Notes under the pieces: model-generated | Database searches by the model: none | What the model was told of the DNA's origin: nothing | Seen by the model: only the letters and a program-made list of their open reading frames with translations | Position numbers and translations under genes: made by a program | Part shown: positions 23,346 to 36,059 of the stretch, one piece after another | Position numbering within the stretch: position 1 is the stretch's first letter | How the letters are laid out: each line of letters starts with the position of its first letter | Source of the DNA: Chiloscyllium plagiosum | Taxonomy: Eukaryota | Direction of reading: 5' to 3' | Length of the DNA stretch: 47,600 nucleotides | NCBI RefSeq assembly: GCF_004010195.1 | Contig: NC_057718.1 | Span: forward strand, 36,868,600-36,916,199

Positions 23346-25159
23346 GAAAACAATGGAAAATTTGTTGTGAAGGCAAATGGATGGACTTGAAATGTGCCAT
23401 CTGACATTATGGGTTGCCCATTCCACCTACTGCAGTTCTTCTGCTAACTCCTGTGCTAATGAACCATGCAACATTGCCAGAACAGTGCAAAAACCTGGAA
23501 TGTGGGAGAAAATTTTGAAGCAATTTATCTTTAAACCCACAAACACCACATTAATGCCAGAACATGAGGTACTTCTCCTTTAAGTCCCTGTCTCCTGGCT
23601 TAACTGTACTGATCTGTGGATTATTATTTGCACATCAGTTTATGTTTACAACAATTCTGTTAATATTGAAAGCAGGTGGCCAGCCAGTAATTTACTGCAC
23701 TCTGATATTTATGGCTACTACTTGCATTGGAAAAGTCCATGCCAACAGCAATTTTTAATCTATTGCCTCCCCAGTTTTACTGTTTGGTTTTATTAACATG
23801 GAATTCATCACGCTCAGTGCTTCATCGTAATGAACATGTATGTCAAAGAATGTAACAGCAAGGGTTTATTTTTGTCTCATTTTGACCTATATTAAAGTTT
23901 ACTGTCAGATGGATTCAATTTCAGGCATTCTTGCAAAATATTGTCAGCTTATTTTTGAGAAAGATTACTCTAAAAATATTAACTTCTTGAAAAACAAATG
24001 GGATTCTGAATTTAGATCATGCTGAGGTGAAGTAGTTGAGTGATAGGATGAGTCATTTATGCTTTTGTCTTTGTTTCACAGTGGGATAGTGTAATCTATT
24101 TATTTACAACTTTGTCTCCAACAACATGTTTATGAAAATTTACAAAGGAAATGCATAGTGCAAGCTTTTCTAATCAAATCACTACAGATTGATGCACATC
24201 ATCACTCCAACTCAGTGGAATTAGGTGCCAGTGACATATTAAAACAAAATTAGGCTCATGATCCTGGTAAGACTGATAAGTTTTTAAAAGAAAATTTAAA
24301 TACTAGTTTGATAGATGACATAGCACAATTTCATGTTTTATGATAGTCTCTGTAACAAACAGACATGAAGATCTATCTCTGTAGGCAATATGTACTTTAA
24401 GCTACAGGACAGAACTTTTAACACAATCAAAGAAAAACACTGTCGTATACTGCCCTTTAATCAGACATTCCATTCTTCTAGAACTAGTCCAAAGTGCTTC
24501 TTAACTACTCAGAATTTACTTCCATTTTTTCTTTTCTCAGTCTGGTAACTATGAACCACAAACTGTACCTCATGGTGAGAGTTTTTCTGGAATTACAATC
24601 TCTAGTGCAAGCTCAAAGAACCTTCCAGCCTTGTTCTTGCTCCTCACAAATGCAATATTTTCAATTTAAGAGTGAGCTCCTGCCTATACTCCTGCAGCAT
24701 GAACGATAGAAATTTTAGTTGCTCTTCCTCTCCCAGATCCTGGCAAACTAACAGTATCTGTCAAGTTTTATAGGAAAACTAATAACCTGATAGTACAATG
24801 CCTTCCTCTGAAGCCTTCCCCTTTTAAATTCTGTCATGATAGTAATGTGAATCACATGGGCCTTACATCCAGATAGAAATGCTCATTAGTTATTCATTAG
24901 ACCTCAGCACTATTATACCATAGCATCAGATGAATACTTTAAAGCTCAAATATTTTTAACCTGATATTTTCAAATGTCTTTCTGCTACTTTGAAGACTAG
25001 CTGTTGAAGTGAACACAGACTTTGCTGGCATTGCTTCTAAGTGTGGATACATTTACTTGTAAGCAAAATAAAGCATAGGTTCTCCTTTAATCTCTAACAG
25101 CATCTTCACCCAGAGTGTTATTAGGAGGCTTCAGAACATGTAATTAACTGCAATCCACA

Positions 25160-25320
25160 AAACACCAGAGGTGCTCTCATTATTAGAGAGCCTATTGGTT
25201 GGATAATTTGAGGAGGTGCCGTTCCACATCAAGCATGGGACAGGTCTTCATCAAGTACAACATTTTGTACAGGGTTTGAACTGTGCTATTTCATACATGC
25301 TGGCCATTTAACTAACCAAA
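25160..25320 (-). mobile_element. Decayed SINE related to 35020-35243
   Basis: GCTCTCATTATTAGAGAG is the reverse of CTCTGTAATGATAGAGC in the 35-kb copy. Confidence 0.45.
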
Positions 25321-25449
25321 CCTCTCCTAAAAGAAAAGTCTGTACAGCTCATAATTGTAACAAGAAGCCTTTGTTCCTAGAAAGTTAAGGAACTAAAATA
25401 GGGATGACTTACCACCATTGGACAGGACTCTGTTGAGACTCCATCTGGA

Positions 25450-25800
25450 CTACTGAATAGACTTGGGGTCTCCCAATCTAAAGAAGAATGTGCTTGCATT
25501 AGAAATGTGCGACAAAGTTTCACTGGTTTGATTCTGTGATGATAAGGGCATCCTATAATTAGAAGATAATGAATTAGTTAGGCCTACATGCTCTGGAATT
25601 TAAAAGAATGAGAGATGACTTCATTGAAACATGCAGAATTCTGAGTGAGTTTGACAGGGTAATGCTGACAGGCTGTTTCACATGGTTAAAGCATCTAGGG
25701 CTAGGGGACATAGTTCAGGATAAGAGGCTGGTCCCCTGGGACTGAGATAAGATGAATTCTGCTCACTCAGACACTTATGATGTGAGATCCATGGAGATTG
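25450..25800 (+). mobile_element. Decayed CR1 ORF2 C-terminal fragment
   Basis: GLHALEFKRMRDDFIETCRILSEFDR. Confidence 0.75.
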
Positions 25801-25879
25801 AATTTTAAAATATTGAATATTAAGTCACTGACTCAAAAGACCACATGACATGATTTGACTTTTACTGTAACAAACAACC

Positions 25880-26089
25880 TGAAAGCAACAACAATTAAAC
25901 ATTCTGCAAGTCTGGCAGCATCTGTGGAGAGAAAGCAAAGTCAGTGCTTCAGGTCCAATGACCTTTCTTCAGAACAATGTCACTGGACCCAAAGTATTAC
26001 TTTCTTTCCACAGATGCTGCCAGACCTGTTGAGTTTCTCCAGCAATTTCTGTTTTGTTTCAGATTTCCAGCTTCTGCAGTCTTTTTTTT
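25880..26089. mobile_element. Palindromic PLE-derived element with deletion at the centre
   Basis: TCTGGCAGCATCTGTGGAGAGAAAG...CTTCAGAAC, then GTCACTGGACCCAAAG...CCACAGATGCTGCCAGA. Confidence 0.8.
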
Positions 26090-26499
26090 AATCAACTAAA
26101 CATACTTTGTAGCAATTTATACTTTAAACTCTCGGAAAGTAATGCCCCATTTACCTTTTATTATGGATAAATATCTCCTGCTACAATGACACTTTGTTCT
26201 GTCTATTAAGTAAACACTGCTTTCTCACACAACTAGTTGAAAGCTATTTTCATCTTATGATGATTTGTTTCCATTTGTTTTCCCACCTTGATAACTTCTA
26301 ATCCCAGAAATGATGTTGACTGTGAGAGTTGCACAGTAGATCCCTTCACTTTACCTCAAGTTAGTGAATCTTCCAGCATTCTTTAAATCTTCACAAACCC
26401 AATCTCTTCAATCTGAACTTGAGATCCCACCCAAGTTTGGGTGGTTTGGTAACTAATAGTGTCACAAATCTGGTCCCTTTTTTCTAAAAACATCATGTT

Positions 26500-26946
26500 T
26501 TAGAAGTGACCTGTATAATGAAAGGGGAGTGATCAGCTCTCTAGTTGAACTGTTCAGTCTGGAACTAGTTAGGAGTTCAGCTGTGTGTGAACAGGCTGCA
26601 AAAACTCTCTCTCCTTCTGCCCTTCTAACTTCAACCTATAAGCATTTGTTCCTTCTTTTACTGATTTTTAAGGCGGTTTGTTTATTGGGACTGTTGTGTA
26701 TAATTGGAACAGCAAAATTAAGTCTAGTTTGGATAGATTGAGTTCTGTAGGGGTTGTTTATTCTGTCCTTTGTGTCTCATTGTGTAATTTTGTGAATAAA
26801 ATGTTGTCTGCTTTAAAACCTGGTAGAAAACCTAGCTAACTTACTCTGGGTAATTTTCACTGTACACTTACCAAAATGAATTGCAACATTATGGTCTGGG
26901 CTGCCTGCTGAAGAATGTTTTGAGTGGTCTGGCTTAGTCCATAACA
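26500..26946 (+). mobile_element. 3' part of a Gypsy-type LTR
   Basis: AATAAA at ~26795; terminus ...TTAGTCCATAACA. Confidence 0.65.
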
Positions 26947-27429
26947 ATAGGGTCAGCATTTTCTCTGCTTCGCATGCAGGACTAGTTGCTTCGTCTCCAG
27001 CTCATTACCCCTCGCATGTCTGCAGACCGATTTGCATCTGTGAATCTCAAAGGTATTTGAGAAACACTGTTACCCAATAATACAATGGTTTTCCTTTCCA
27101 AAGCCCATCTTCATGTGAATCTCACAGGCCATGTATCCAATTAGAAATGCTAATTAGTTATCCTCTGCAACCCTACCCCATTTTTTAACAGCCTGATAGT
27201 CGTTTCACCTCGCTGTGAGGATTTTGGAGGCTAACAGTTTACTCACAATCAGCACAATTGCTGTTGCTAAACATCTTGTATCTTCTCATCAAATTTCTTC
27301 AATGTGGCAGTCTTGTTCTGCCAGCAACAAAGTTGTGTTTAAGCAGAGTACTTCACATTAAAGCATAAATTCTTCCATTTTACCTTAAGTTAAAGAGAAA
27401 TCCCAAAACATATCTTCCATTCTTAGTTG

Positions 27430-27590
27430 TTTTGAACCTTTGAATTTCCTACTTAGGGGACATTGATGCTCAGATCTGCCCAAGGGATACAATGGATATG
27501 GGATTGGGTGGGAAAACGGCTTTGATTTTTTTGACTGGCAGATCAACCTCAAGGAACTGAATGGTCTCCTGCTTTTTAAGTATGTTTGTA
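27430..27590 (+). mobile_element. CR1 3' tail fragment
   Basis: GGATACAATGGATATGGG...GGAACTGAATGGTCTCCTGCT. Confidence 0.55.
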
Positions 27591-27939
27591 TTTTCATAAG
27601 CCTTGCATTTTCTTGTATTTCTGTTCTGTCCTATTGAAATGTAGAGTAAAGTGTTCCAGATAAATGTTGTTAAGTGTTGTATTTAATACAAGCTCTAAAT
27701 ATTTAATATCAGTACAAGGAATTGCAGAATTAAAAATAACTCATTTTGGTCAAAGCTGTTACAGTTTAAGAACTGGGTTTTCCCTTTATTTCTCTGGCTT
27801 TTTAAGAGCACCAGTATGTTCTCAACTATGGCTGCCTTCTTTGTGGCTTTCCTGATTGAGACCGATACCCCACACCCATTTAATTTAGATCCTTAGTTGG
27901 TAAAGTGAGGAGTTTGAGGATAGATTGCTAGTTTATGGT

Positions 27940-30305
27940 CATTATTGGCAATCACTCCTTAGCAATTATGATCGAAGGTCTAGAAATTCCATGTCACTGG
28001 CCATGGGGTCTATGGGTCCTTGTGTGGCTGATGAGCTCAATCCTATTTGGCTGATATTTCTGGGAGGTGGAAATGGTCTTTGACCTTGAGGTCACTGGCA
28101 TTCCTTTCTCTGATTCCTTTTCTGTACTTCCTCTTCCTGACAGAAGAATCAAATCCCTTCATAAAGGAAATGGGCCTCCTATGAATTGACATTTGTCACA
28201 TGCCTTGAGGGAACCCTTGAGGAAATCCTTGAAACACTTCCTTTGTCCTCCTCTCATTTGTGTGCCTTCCTTTAGCTGGATGAAGACTATTTGCTTTGGC
28301 AATTGGAGCACAGGCATCCTTACCACATGGCCAGCCAACGGAGTTGGTTCCGACTGATCATGGCCTCAATGTTGGTGATATTGCCTGCTTCAAGTACATG
28401 GATATTAATATGCCTGTCCTCCCAGCTGATGCAGAGATTCCATATCTAACAGTGTCAATAGTACTTCTCCAGGATCTTGAGGTAGCATCTATATGTAGTC
28501 CATTTTAGGAGCCATGTAGAAGATTCAGAAGGATGTCTGCCGTACACACATGAATCTAGGTATCAAAATGAATGTCATGGTGTTGAACACTCTCATCCTT
28601 AGGTATCTGAAAGTGGTGCTCACATATTGGATGTGATGTTGGAGTATTTCTTCGTTAATTTCAATGGAGGGATAGGACAGAATTTGCCTTGGGATGGGTT
28701 AGTCAAGGTTTTGATTCTTCTTTAGGTTGCAGCTGAGATAAATTCTTTTGTATGCTTCCACGAAGGCATAAAGTGAGGTTTGAAGATTCTCTTTCAAGAG
28801 ATAACACGGTTATCCACAAATTGAAGCTCCACAAATGACATCAGTGTCATTTCGGGTTGGATTTCAACCATTTGAGGCTGAAAAGTTTTTTTGTCCATCC
28901 TTGGACAATATCCACTGGGAAGCTTGTACTTGGCAAGATGAAGGTTAGTGATGATGGCAATGGAGAAATGGGAGAAAACGGCACATCTCTGCTTGACCCC
29001 TGTCTTGACCTCAAAGGATTTTGCCATGTTACCATTGATGGAGGCATCTTGTTATGGAGGAGACAGAGAACGTTGATGAATTTCTTTGGAGATCCAGCCT
29101 TTGACAGGGTCTTCCTTAGAACTTCCTGAGCCAAAAGCCTTGGTCAGGTAGATGAAGGCCATGAAGAGTGGTTGGAGATGTTGAACAGTGAAAATCATGT
29201 CCATAGTTCCATGCTTTGGATAGAAGCCACACTGGCTTTCTGGAAAGATTTCCTCAATGTTTGGGAGAAGGTATCCAGTGAGGATTCCTCTGTAGTCCCC
29301 ACAGTCCACTTTGTCTCCTTTCGTAAAGACAGTGGTGATAACAACATCCCTGAGATTGGCTGGGATTTGTTCTTTATCCCAGAATTTCAGGCACAGTTGA
29401 TGGAGATGACTACTACTCCTCCAACCTTGAAAATCTCCAGTTTGAGTCAAGAGTGTTGGGTTTGTATAATGTCTGGGTGGCACTGAAGAAACCCAAGTGT
29501 CTTGCTTATCAGCAAGGAGCTGCAGCTCCATTGCTTTCTCAGTCCACCATTGGATCTTGATTTCCCTCATTCCTCTTTGTAACACCAGCTTTGTTGTTTG
29601 ATAAGTTCTCTCTCTTCGCCTCACTGGTGATGTTGTTTTGCCAGCTTCCTCTTCTCGTTGATGAGGTCCTGGATGATGTGATCATTCTCATTGAACCAGT
29701 CTTGGCGTTTCCTGATCACATAACGTGAGATGATGGGTGTCTTCAGCTCTTCCAAAACGTTCTGCCCTCCTTTATAATGAAGACTTTGGAGATTGGGGTG
29801 AAGACATTGTGAAGAAAGCTGCTAAAATGCTCTCCTGCTCCTATTCCAAGAGTGAAACAAACCCCACCGCCTACATGTCAATGCAAAGTTAGGGATTTTC
29901 AGGTATCAGAATCTTTTTCCCATCAGCTCTTGCCAATCACCGCAGAGCTTGTGTTGTGTCGGGGCTTTGAATTCTTCTAGGTAGATGCCTTGTGTGAGAC
30001 ATCTTTTAATGTGGGAATGCTGTTGCATGACAGCAGAATCATGGTCCTTGACCCAGTTCCAGTGGCAAGGAAACCTCGACACTGGGGCATTTCCCCACTG
30101 CTGCAGCCTTCATCCATATTCACAGCGGCTGATATCACCTGAATCGCCATTGAAGACTTGCTTTGGATTGCGCGTTGTTTGGTTCCTCCCCTCTGACCAT
30201 ACCATCGTGGTGGCCCTGCCAGAAGTTGGGAACTCCTGACAATATTGTTTTGGGATCAACAGAACCCTCAAGCCTCTCCACCACAGCAAGGAAAGGTAGT
30301 TCATG
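27940..30305 (-). mobile_element. RTE LINE retaining 5' UTR and RT region, endonuclease largely deleted
   Basis: IPANLRDVVITTVFTKGDKVDCGDYRGI, FPESQCGF, AFIYLTKAF, SFEVKTGVKQRC, ELQFVD; RTE-type 5' UTR CCTTGCTGTGGTGGAGAGGCTTGAGGG...GGCAGGGCCACC. Confidence 0.9.
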
Positions 30306-30397
30306 GTAGTCTACTCCAGTTAAGTGTTGATATGGAGCAAAAAGTGGAAATGCTTCATTTTCTATTCATTGAATAAAATCAATGGGCAAGATGTTCA

Positions 30398-30983
30398 CAC
30401 AGAGTCACAGAGTTATACAGTTATACAGCACAGAAACAGACCCTTCGGTCCAACCAGTCCCTGCCGATCATAATCCCAAACTAAAGAAGCCCCATGTGCC
30501 TGTGCTTGGCCTATATCCCTCCAAACATTATTCATGTATGTCTCTAAATGTCTTAAATATTGTAACTGTATCCGCAACCACCACTTTCTCTGGAAGTTCA
30601 TTCCACACACGAACTACCCTCTGTATAAAAAAGTTGCCCCTCATGTTCTTTCCAAATCTTTCTCCTCTCACCTTAAAAATATGCCCATAGTCTTGAAATC
30701 CATCACACTAGGGAAAAGACACTTACCATTCATCTTATTGAGACCCCTCATTATTTTATAAACCTCTATATGGTCACCTCTCAATCTCCTACACTTCAGT
30801 AAAACAAATCCCAGCCTATCCAGCCTCTCCTTATAAGTCAAACCGTCTATTCTCAGCAACATCCTGTTAAATCTTTTCTGAATCCTCCCCAGGTTAATAA
30901 TATCGTTCCTATAAATGGGAGATCAGAATTGGACACAGTACTCCAAAACAGGGCACAATAATGTCCTGCACAATCTCAACATA
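30398..30983 (-). mobile_element. CR1 3' end
   Basis: GLTYKERLDRLG...RRLRGDHIEVYKIMRGL; tandem tail. Confidence 0.9.
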
Positions 30984-31589
30984 ATTTATTTTGTAAATTT
31001 TATAAATTTTCTTGTCAACTAAATCATTTATTTTCAGTGGAAGAAACGCATATTTAAAAGGTTTCACTAATTAACTTATAAACTTTGCAAAATATTTGCA
31101 TCTAAGCAGTAATTATTGAAATTTATAAATCACATTATTACAACAGATTGCTGATATTACACATTAGCTAACTTTCTTTGACATGATAAAGTATGACAAG
31201 ATTAGCATTGATTTACTCTCCAAACACAAAGACATAGTGTAGAGGCCATAGAAATTTACAGATCCATTATAGTTTTGTTTTAAAGTGGAGCACCAGCTAA
31301 TTTGACTTGACTGATGCAGGTTTAGTGATACTTCAACCTCTTTAGCATTTAATGCAACAAATTAACAATCTTCAAGTTTCAGGAGGCCTTGTGTATGTAG
31401 CATATTTTGCTGTTCTTCATCCCACCAAATGTTTCCTTTGTTATGCCCTCTGGTTCCCACTGTACAAGGGCCCAAATGCCAAGTTCGGGGATTTCTTGTT
31501 ATTTCAGAGTGCTGGTTGGCTTTCGGGCTCAGTCAGAAACTCTACAGCAGGTCAAGTCAGTCTGTGCAATTTACTTAATTTTTTTAAAA

Positions 31590-32003
31590 TATATTTTTAT
31601 TGAAAAAATAGATTTTTTTAATATTACAACAAGTACAAAACAAAACAATTCAAAACAGTACAAAAAAAACCCAAATAAAAAAAATCCCCAACCCACTCTC
31701 ATGTATAAAAGTATACACATATATAGAAAAATATAGAATAAAAAAAACAAACTGGCTATTTAACTAAATAAATAAATAACCAACAACAAATTAATAAATA
31801 ATAATAACTCAGCCCAGCCAAACAAAATGCTCATACGTTCACAGTTCCTCCTCCCTGGATATTGGACTCGTAAAACACTATCGTTACGGCTGTATAAAAG
31901 CCCTTGTTAAGTGTGGCAGATAAATTTGCGTCAATGTATTCCAAAAAGGGCTGTTATGTTCTATAAAAATTCTCAGTTTTGTGGTGGACCATATTTGTGA
32001 GAA
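31590..32003 (-). mobile_element. 5'-truncated L1-type LINE 3' end with TSD
   Basis: FLTNMVHHKTENFYRT*QPFLEYID (L1 ORF2 end), T-rich 3' UTR, AATAAA; ACTTAATTTTTTTAAAA (31573-31589) vs ACTTAATGTTTTTTTTAAAA (32004-32023). Confidence 0.75.
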
Positions 32004-32119
32004 ACTTAATGTTTTTTTTAAAAGTAATCATAAGAACAAAATCAATTTAATTTTGTATAACTCCTTTAAGGCATTCCAAGCGTGGCCTGTAAGGGAATGC
32101 AGTGAAATCCAAGCCAGTC

Positions 32120-32300
32120 AGATATTAGCAGATTTGTTTGAAAAGAAATTGAGAGGTTTTGTAAAGAGTTTGAAAATTGTGCTTTGTAAAGTTATTAAAG
32201 AAATGAATAAGATGGAAAGATCTCAGAAGAGCATTCCAGAGTGTGGAACCAAAACAGCTAAAACATCTGTGCCGAATAGTCGGACAGAAGGGAGAACTTT
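32120..32300 (-). mobile_element. Old L2 ORF2 C-terminal remnant
   Basis: FSCFGSTLWNAL resembles AFSxxAPxLWNxLP. Confidence 0.5.
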
Positions 32301-32619
32301 AATCTTCTGGCATCAAGAGCAACCACTCCAATGCAATAAGAGAGTCTAAATCCAGCTTGAGGTGCTCCATTGCATAATTACTTTGTCTGAATGTAGCTGT
32401 CACCAGATTTGGTTGTACTTAGGCAGACCATGTACTATGTAAGCAGTTCTTAAAGCAGCCTGGTGTCAATATCCCCTCTGACTGAACCTTTCCTTATTAG
32501 GAAATTGGAAAATTGAGAGCATCGTTGGCCTTAGAAGACTGCAGTATTTTCTGTCACCAAATAGCATACTTTAAGAAGTAATAACTTGCAGAGATCCTGT
32601 CAGCAATCTATTGCAATCA

Positions 32620-32860
32620 AAGTAATCCAGAATAGAAAAAGCTCAGCAGTTCTGGCAGCATCTGTGGACAGAAAGCAGAGTCAATGTTTTGGGTCCAGTG
32701 ACTCTTCCCCAGAACTCCAAGGAAGTTTGCTGAGAAACTCCAGTCCCTGGGCCCAAAACATTAACTCTGATTTCTCTCCATGGATGCTGCCAGACCTGCT
32801 GAGATTTTCCAGCAATTTCTGTTACTGTTTCTGATTTATAGCTTCCACAGTTAATCTTGT
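32620..32860. mobile_element. Palindromic PLE-derived element with altered centre
   Basis: CTCAGCAGTTCTGGCAGCATCTGTGGACAGAAAGCAGAGTCAATGTTTTGGG pairs with CCCAAAACATTAACTCTGATTTCTCTCCATGGATGCTGCCAGACCTGCTGAG. Confidence 0.85.
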
Positions 32861-32914
32861 TTTACAATGGAAGTATACTCCACAGTTAATCTTGTTTTAC
32901 AATGGAAGTATACT
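32844..32914 (+). repeat. Perfect 35-bp tandem duplication
   Basis: TCCACAGTTAATCTTGTTTTACAATGGAAGTATAC x2. Confidence 0.95.
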
Positions 32915-33462
32915 GTGAATTTTGGATGCAACAATTCAGATCTAACTAAAGATGCGCCAGAGGAGGAAAGGAGAAAAGGACAAAAAGTGGTAAGCGCTTT
33001 TTGGAAGAAAAAGAATGAGGTGGAAAGCAGCAGAAGGTTAAACGCCAGAGAGAAGAGAAACACAGGCAAGAAATGACACCCTTTTGCTCATGCTGTGGAA
33101 GTGTATGCAGATTTATTTTCGTAGATCTCTGCATGTGGTATGCAATTTTCTTAGTAGCTAAGTAATTAGAAACTCTAATTCTCTTAGAGTTAAAATCTAA
33201 GCTTTTCCACACATTTCTTTCCGCCTCTCTCATGCCAGGGTACAACTTAAAGAGTATCGATAGACGTTTGGCACTTCTCTGCCAGAATTTCATTCATAGG
33301 TAATGATGGTGAAGAACCACAATTGCAGAATCCCTCTTATGCTGGAGAAAGAAGAGTAGTTATGCTGTCTGTGTGTTCCTATCGAAGAGCACGGACCCTA
33401 CCTCAAATCACAGGAACAGAAGCAACATCAAGCAACATCATCGACAATGGAGAGACATTTAC

Positions 33463-33550
33463 CTTATCTGCAATGATTCTATGTTCTATTCTGCTCCTGA
33501 ATGCTTGATCTTCCCATAGCCATTCCGAAAGGGAAGACCCACCGGCTTTG
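33463..33550 (-). other. Candidate 88-nt exon of an unidentified transcript
   Basis: Acceptor TTATTTTCCTCAG, donor AAG|GTAAAT; single open frame KAGGSSLSEWLWEDQAFRSRIEHRIIADK; no homolog recognised. Confidence 0.2.
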
Positions 33551-34269
33551 CTGAGGAAAATAAATTAATTTTAAAGATCCGAAAGGAACCACAAAACACT
33601 TAATAAAGGTTTTTGGTATCTTTTTTATGAGCAAGTTTTGAGTCTTTCAATGCAACTTGATGGAAAGTTGAGGTTGTGTGAAAGAGTTAAACAAAGAGTA
33701 GCTCAGGGACGTAATTGACACAGAGGGACCAGTGGATGAGCCACCTGGTATCCCCGGCTGCAACATCGAGTCGAATTTCAACAAGTTTGGAAACTGAACG
33801 GGAGCAGATTCCAGCCAGGTTCCAGACTCTTGGCAGGAAATGCATCCACCTTCTGTCCTTTCCAGTCCTCTCAAGTTCCTAATATTGATTACGTTTGATT
33901 CAATACTGAACATCACAGCTAAACCCAAGTCTATTCTGACCTGATGTTCATATGGATACATCTTTGCTACTTGTAGATTTTATGTAATAATTCAATTTAA
34001 AAATATCTTCCTAATTGAAAGTATCAATATCATCATCTAAAGTGATAAAAATGTTTAATGATGTCGAGAATTGTTTATGTCTGACACAATTTATGACATT
34101 AATTCAAAGAACTTTGTGTAAATGACAAAGAAACAACATTCATTTACTTAAAGTCATGAATAGATATTCTGAAATGTTACTGACAGTTTTAAATATAAAT
34201 TTCAGGTAAATCCTAACAAATTATTTTACACCTTTGTGAATTAAAGTTGATCATTATGACATGGTAAGA

Positions 34270-34283
34270 GCGCCCTCTGGTGG
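34270..34283 (-). promoter_or_regulatory. CTCF-binding core motif
   Basis: Minus strand CCACCAGAGGGCGC, matching the vertebrate CTCF core consensus, in non-repetitive AT-rich DNA. Confidence 0.7.
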
Positions 34284-35019
34284 AAAATACCTGATCTCCT
34301 TACTTTTGGCTGGGGCCTCACTTGAGGGTTTAGGTTGAGAGGTGTGGGAATACCTCCTTATCCTCTTGTAAAATAGCCCTTTAAATTCAACTATTTGATT
34401 AATGCATTTAGACATGCCAGTCTACGTCCCCATTTTCTTTCTGAGGTGGTAATGCAGGAGATGTTTGAAAACAAAGCATTTGCAGTGTCAAGGGATGCAG
34501 AATTGAGATAGTGGCCTCAGCACAGCTTGTACTGAACTTTAACCCAATTCACTTAATCAGTAGGTTCAAAGCAAATCCTGAAGTGCAAGTTCATGGCATT
34601 TTATCAACTATCAGGATAAAAAGGAAAAAATGATGAAGCTGGTTGTTATGATAAGCTGAGAATTATCTGCTTTACACATCTATCCACTGCAGATTATAAC
34701 AACATTGTATAAATGCAAAGCACAATAGACTTGGGTTGAAGTGAAAGCTGCTAGGGACTGTCCTTGTCCTGGGCTTTGCTGCAGCTCACATTATACAATA
34801 TTTTATAAATTAGTCATAATCTCTTGTCATAAATTAAAAATCCAGGTCTGTCCACCCTTTTACACCAATAGTTCTTGGGTATAATCCTATGATTAATTCT
34901 GGTAAGTCTTTTGCTGGTCATCTTCCTCCAAATTACAAAGCTAACAAGAAATCTTCCCAGATAGCTCAAAGTCTCAATTTCTAAGTGACAATAAATGTTG
35001 GTTGAGACAGCATAATAAA

Positions 35020-35243
35020 TCTGCATCAGCACAGTTGGCAGAACAGCTGGTTTGCAATACAGACTGATGCCAATAGCATGGGTTCAATTGCTGGACTGGC
35101 TGAGGTTACTATGAAGAACTCTCCTCCTCAATCTGTTCCCTTGCCTAAGGCATGGTAACCCTTGGGTTAAACAAACAGCAGTCGTCACTCTGTAATGATA
35201 GAGCAGCCCAGTGGACTAGTAAGACTATGGTGACTTTACTTTT
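35020..35243 (+). mobile_element. tRNA-derived SINE
   Basis: GCACAGTTGGCAGAACAGC...GGGTTCAATT head; tail GACTATGGTGACTTTACTTT. Confidence 0.6.
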
Positions 35244-35259
35244 GTTTAACCTAATTTAT

Positions 35260-36005
35260 GAGGAGACATTATATAAATTAGGCCTGTTTTTTCCAGAATT
35301 TGGAAGGTTTAGTTGGGGGTGAGGGGAGGCTGAACTGATCAAAGTCTTCAAGATATTAGCAGGAAAAGACAGAATAGATAAAGATAAACTATTTCCACAG
35401 GTTGGAGATTCCAGAACTAGAGGACATAATCTGAAAATTAGGGGCAGATCATTCAGGAGAGATGTTAGAAAGCACTGCTACACACAAAGATTAAGATTCC
35501 CCTACACTGTGGAAATGCAACAAGTCCACATCAACCCTCTGAAGAGTAACCCACCCAGACCTATTTCCCTCTGACTAAAGCACCTAATACTATGGACAAT
35601 TTAGTATGGCCAATTCATCTGACCCCTGCACATCTTTGGACTGTGAGAGGAAACCCATGCTGACACGGGGATAATGTGCAAACTCCACACAGACAGTTGC
35701 CCAAGGTTAGAATTGAACCTGGGTCCCTGGTGCTGTGAGGCAGCAGTGCTAAGCACTGACCATCATGCTGCCCCAAAGGGTGGTGGATGTTTGGACCTCT
35801 CTTCTACAAATAGCAGTGAATACTAAATCAGTTATTAGTTTTAGCTTTGAGACAGATAGTTTTTGTTTAGTAAAGGCACTGAGGGATATGGGCCAAAGAT
35901 ATGTATATGAACTTAGGCCATAGATCTGCCATGATCTCGTTGAATGGCTAAACAGACCTGAGGGACTGAATAACTTACTCCTGTTCCTATGTTTCCTATA
36001 TTCCT
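35260..36005 (+). mobile_element. CR1 3' end interrupted by a V-SINE
   Basis: LIKVFKILAGKDRIDKDKLFPQVGDSRTRGHNLKIRGRSFRRDVRKHCYTQ|RVVDVW; tail (TTCCTATG)n. Confidence 0.85.
35490..35773 (-). mobile_element. HE1-type V-SINE with 5-bp TSD CAAAG
   Basis: TSD at 35485-35489 and 35774-35778; host CR1 frame restored on removal. Confidence 0.9.
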
Positions 36006-36059
36006 ATTTTTTGGCTTGTTTGTCTTTCTTTTAAAATAACACATGTTAAAAGTTTAACA

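Noticed and set aside
29052..29624. 190-aa ORF as a gene
   Set aside because: Deleted and frameshifted RTE ORF fragment.
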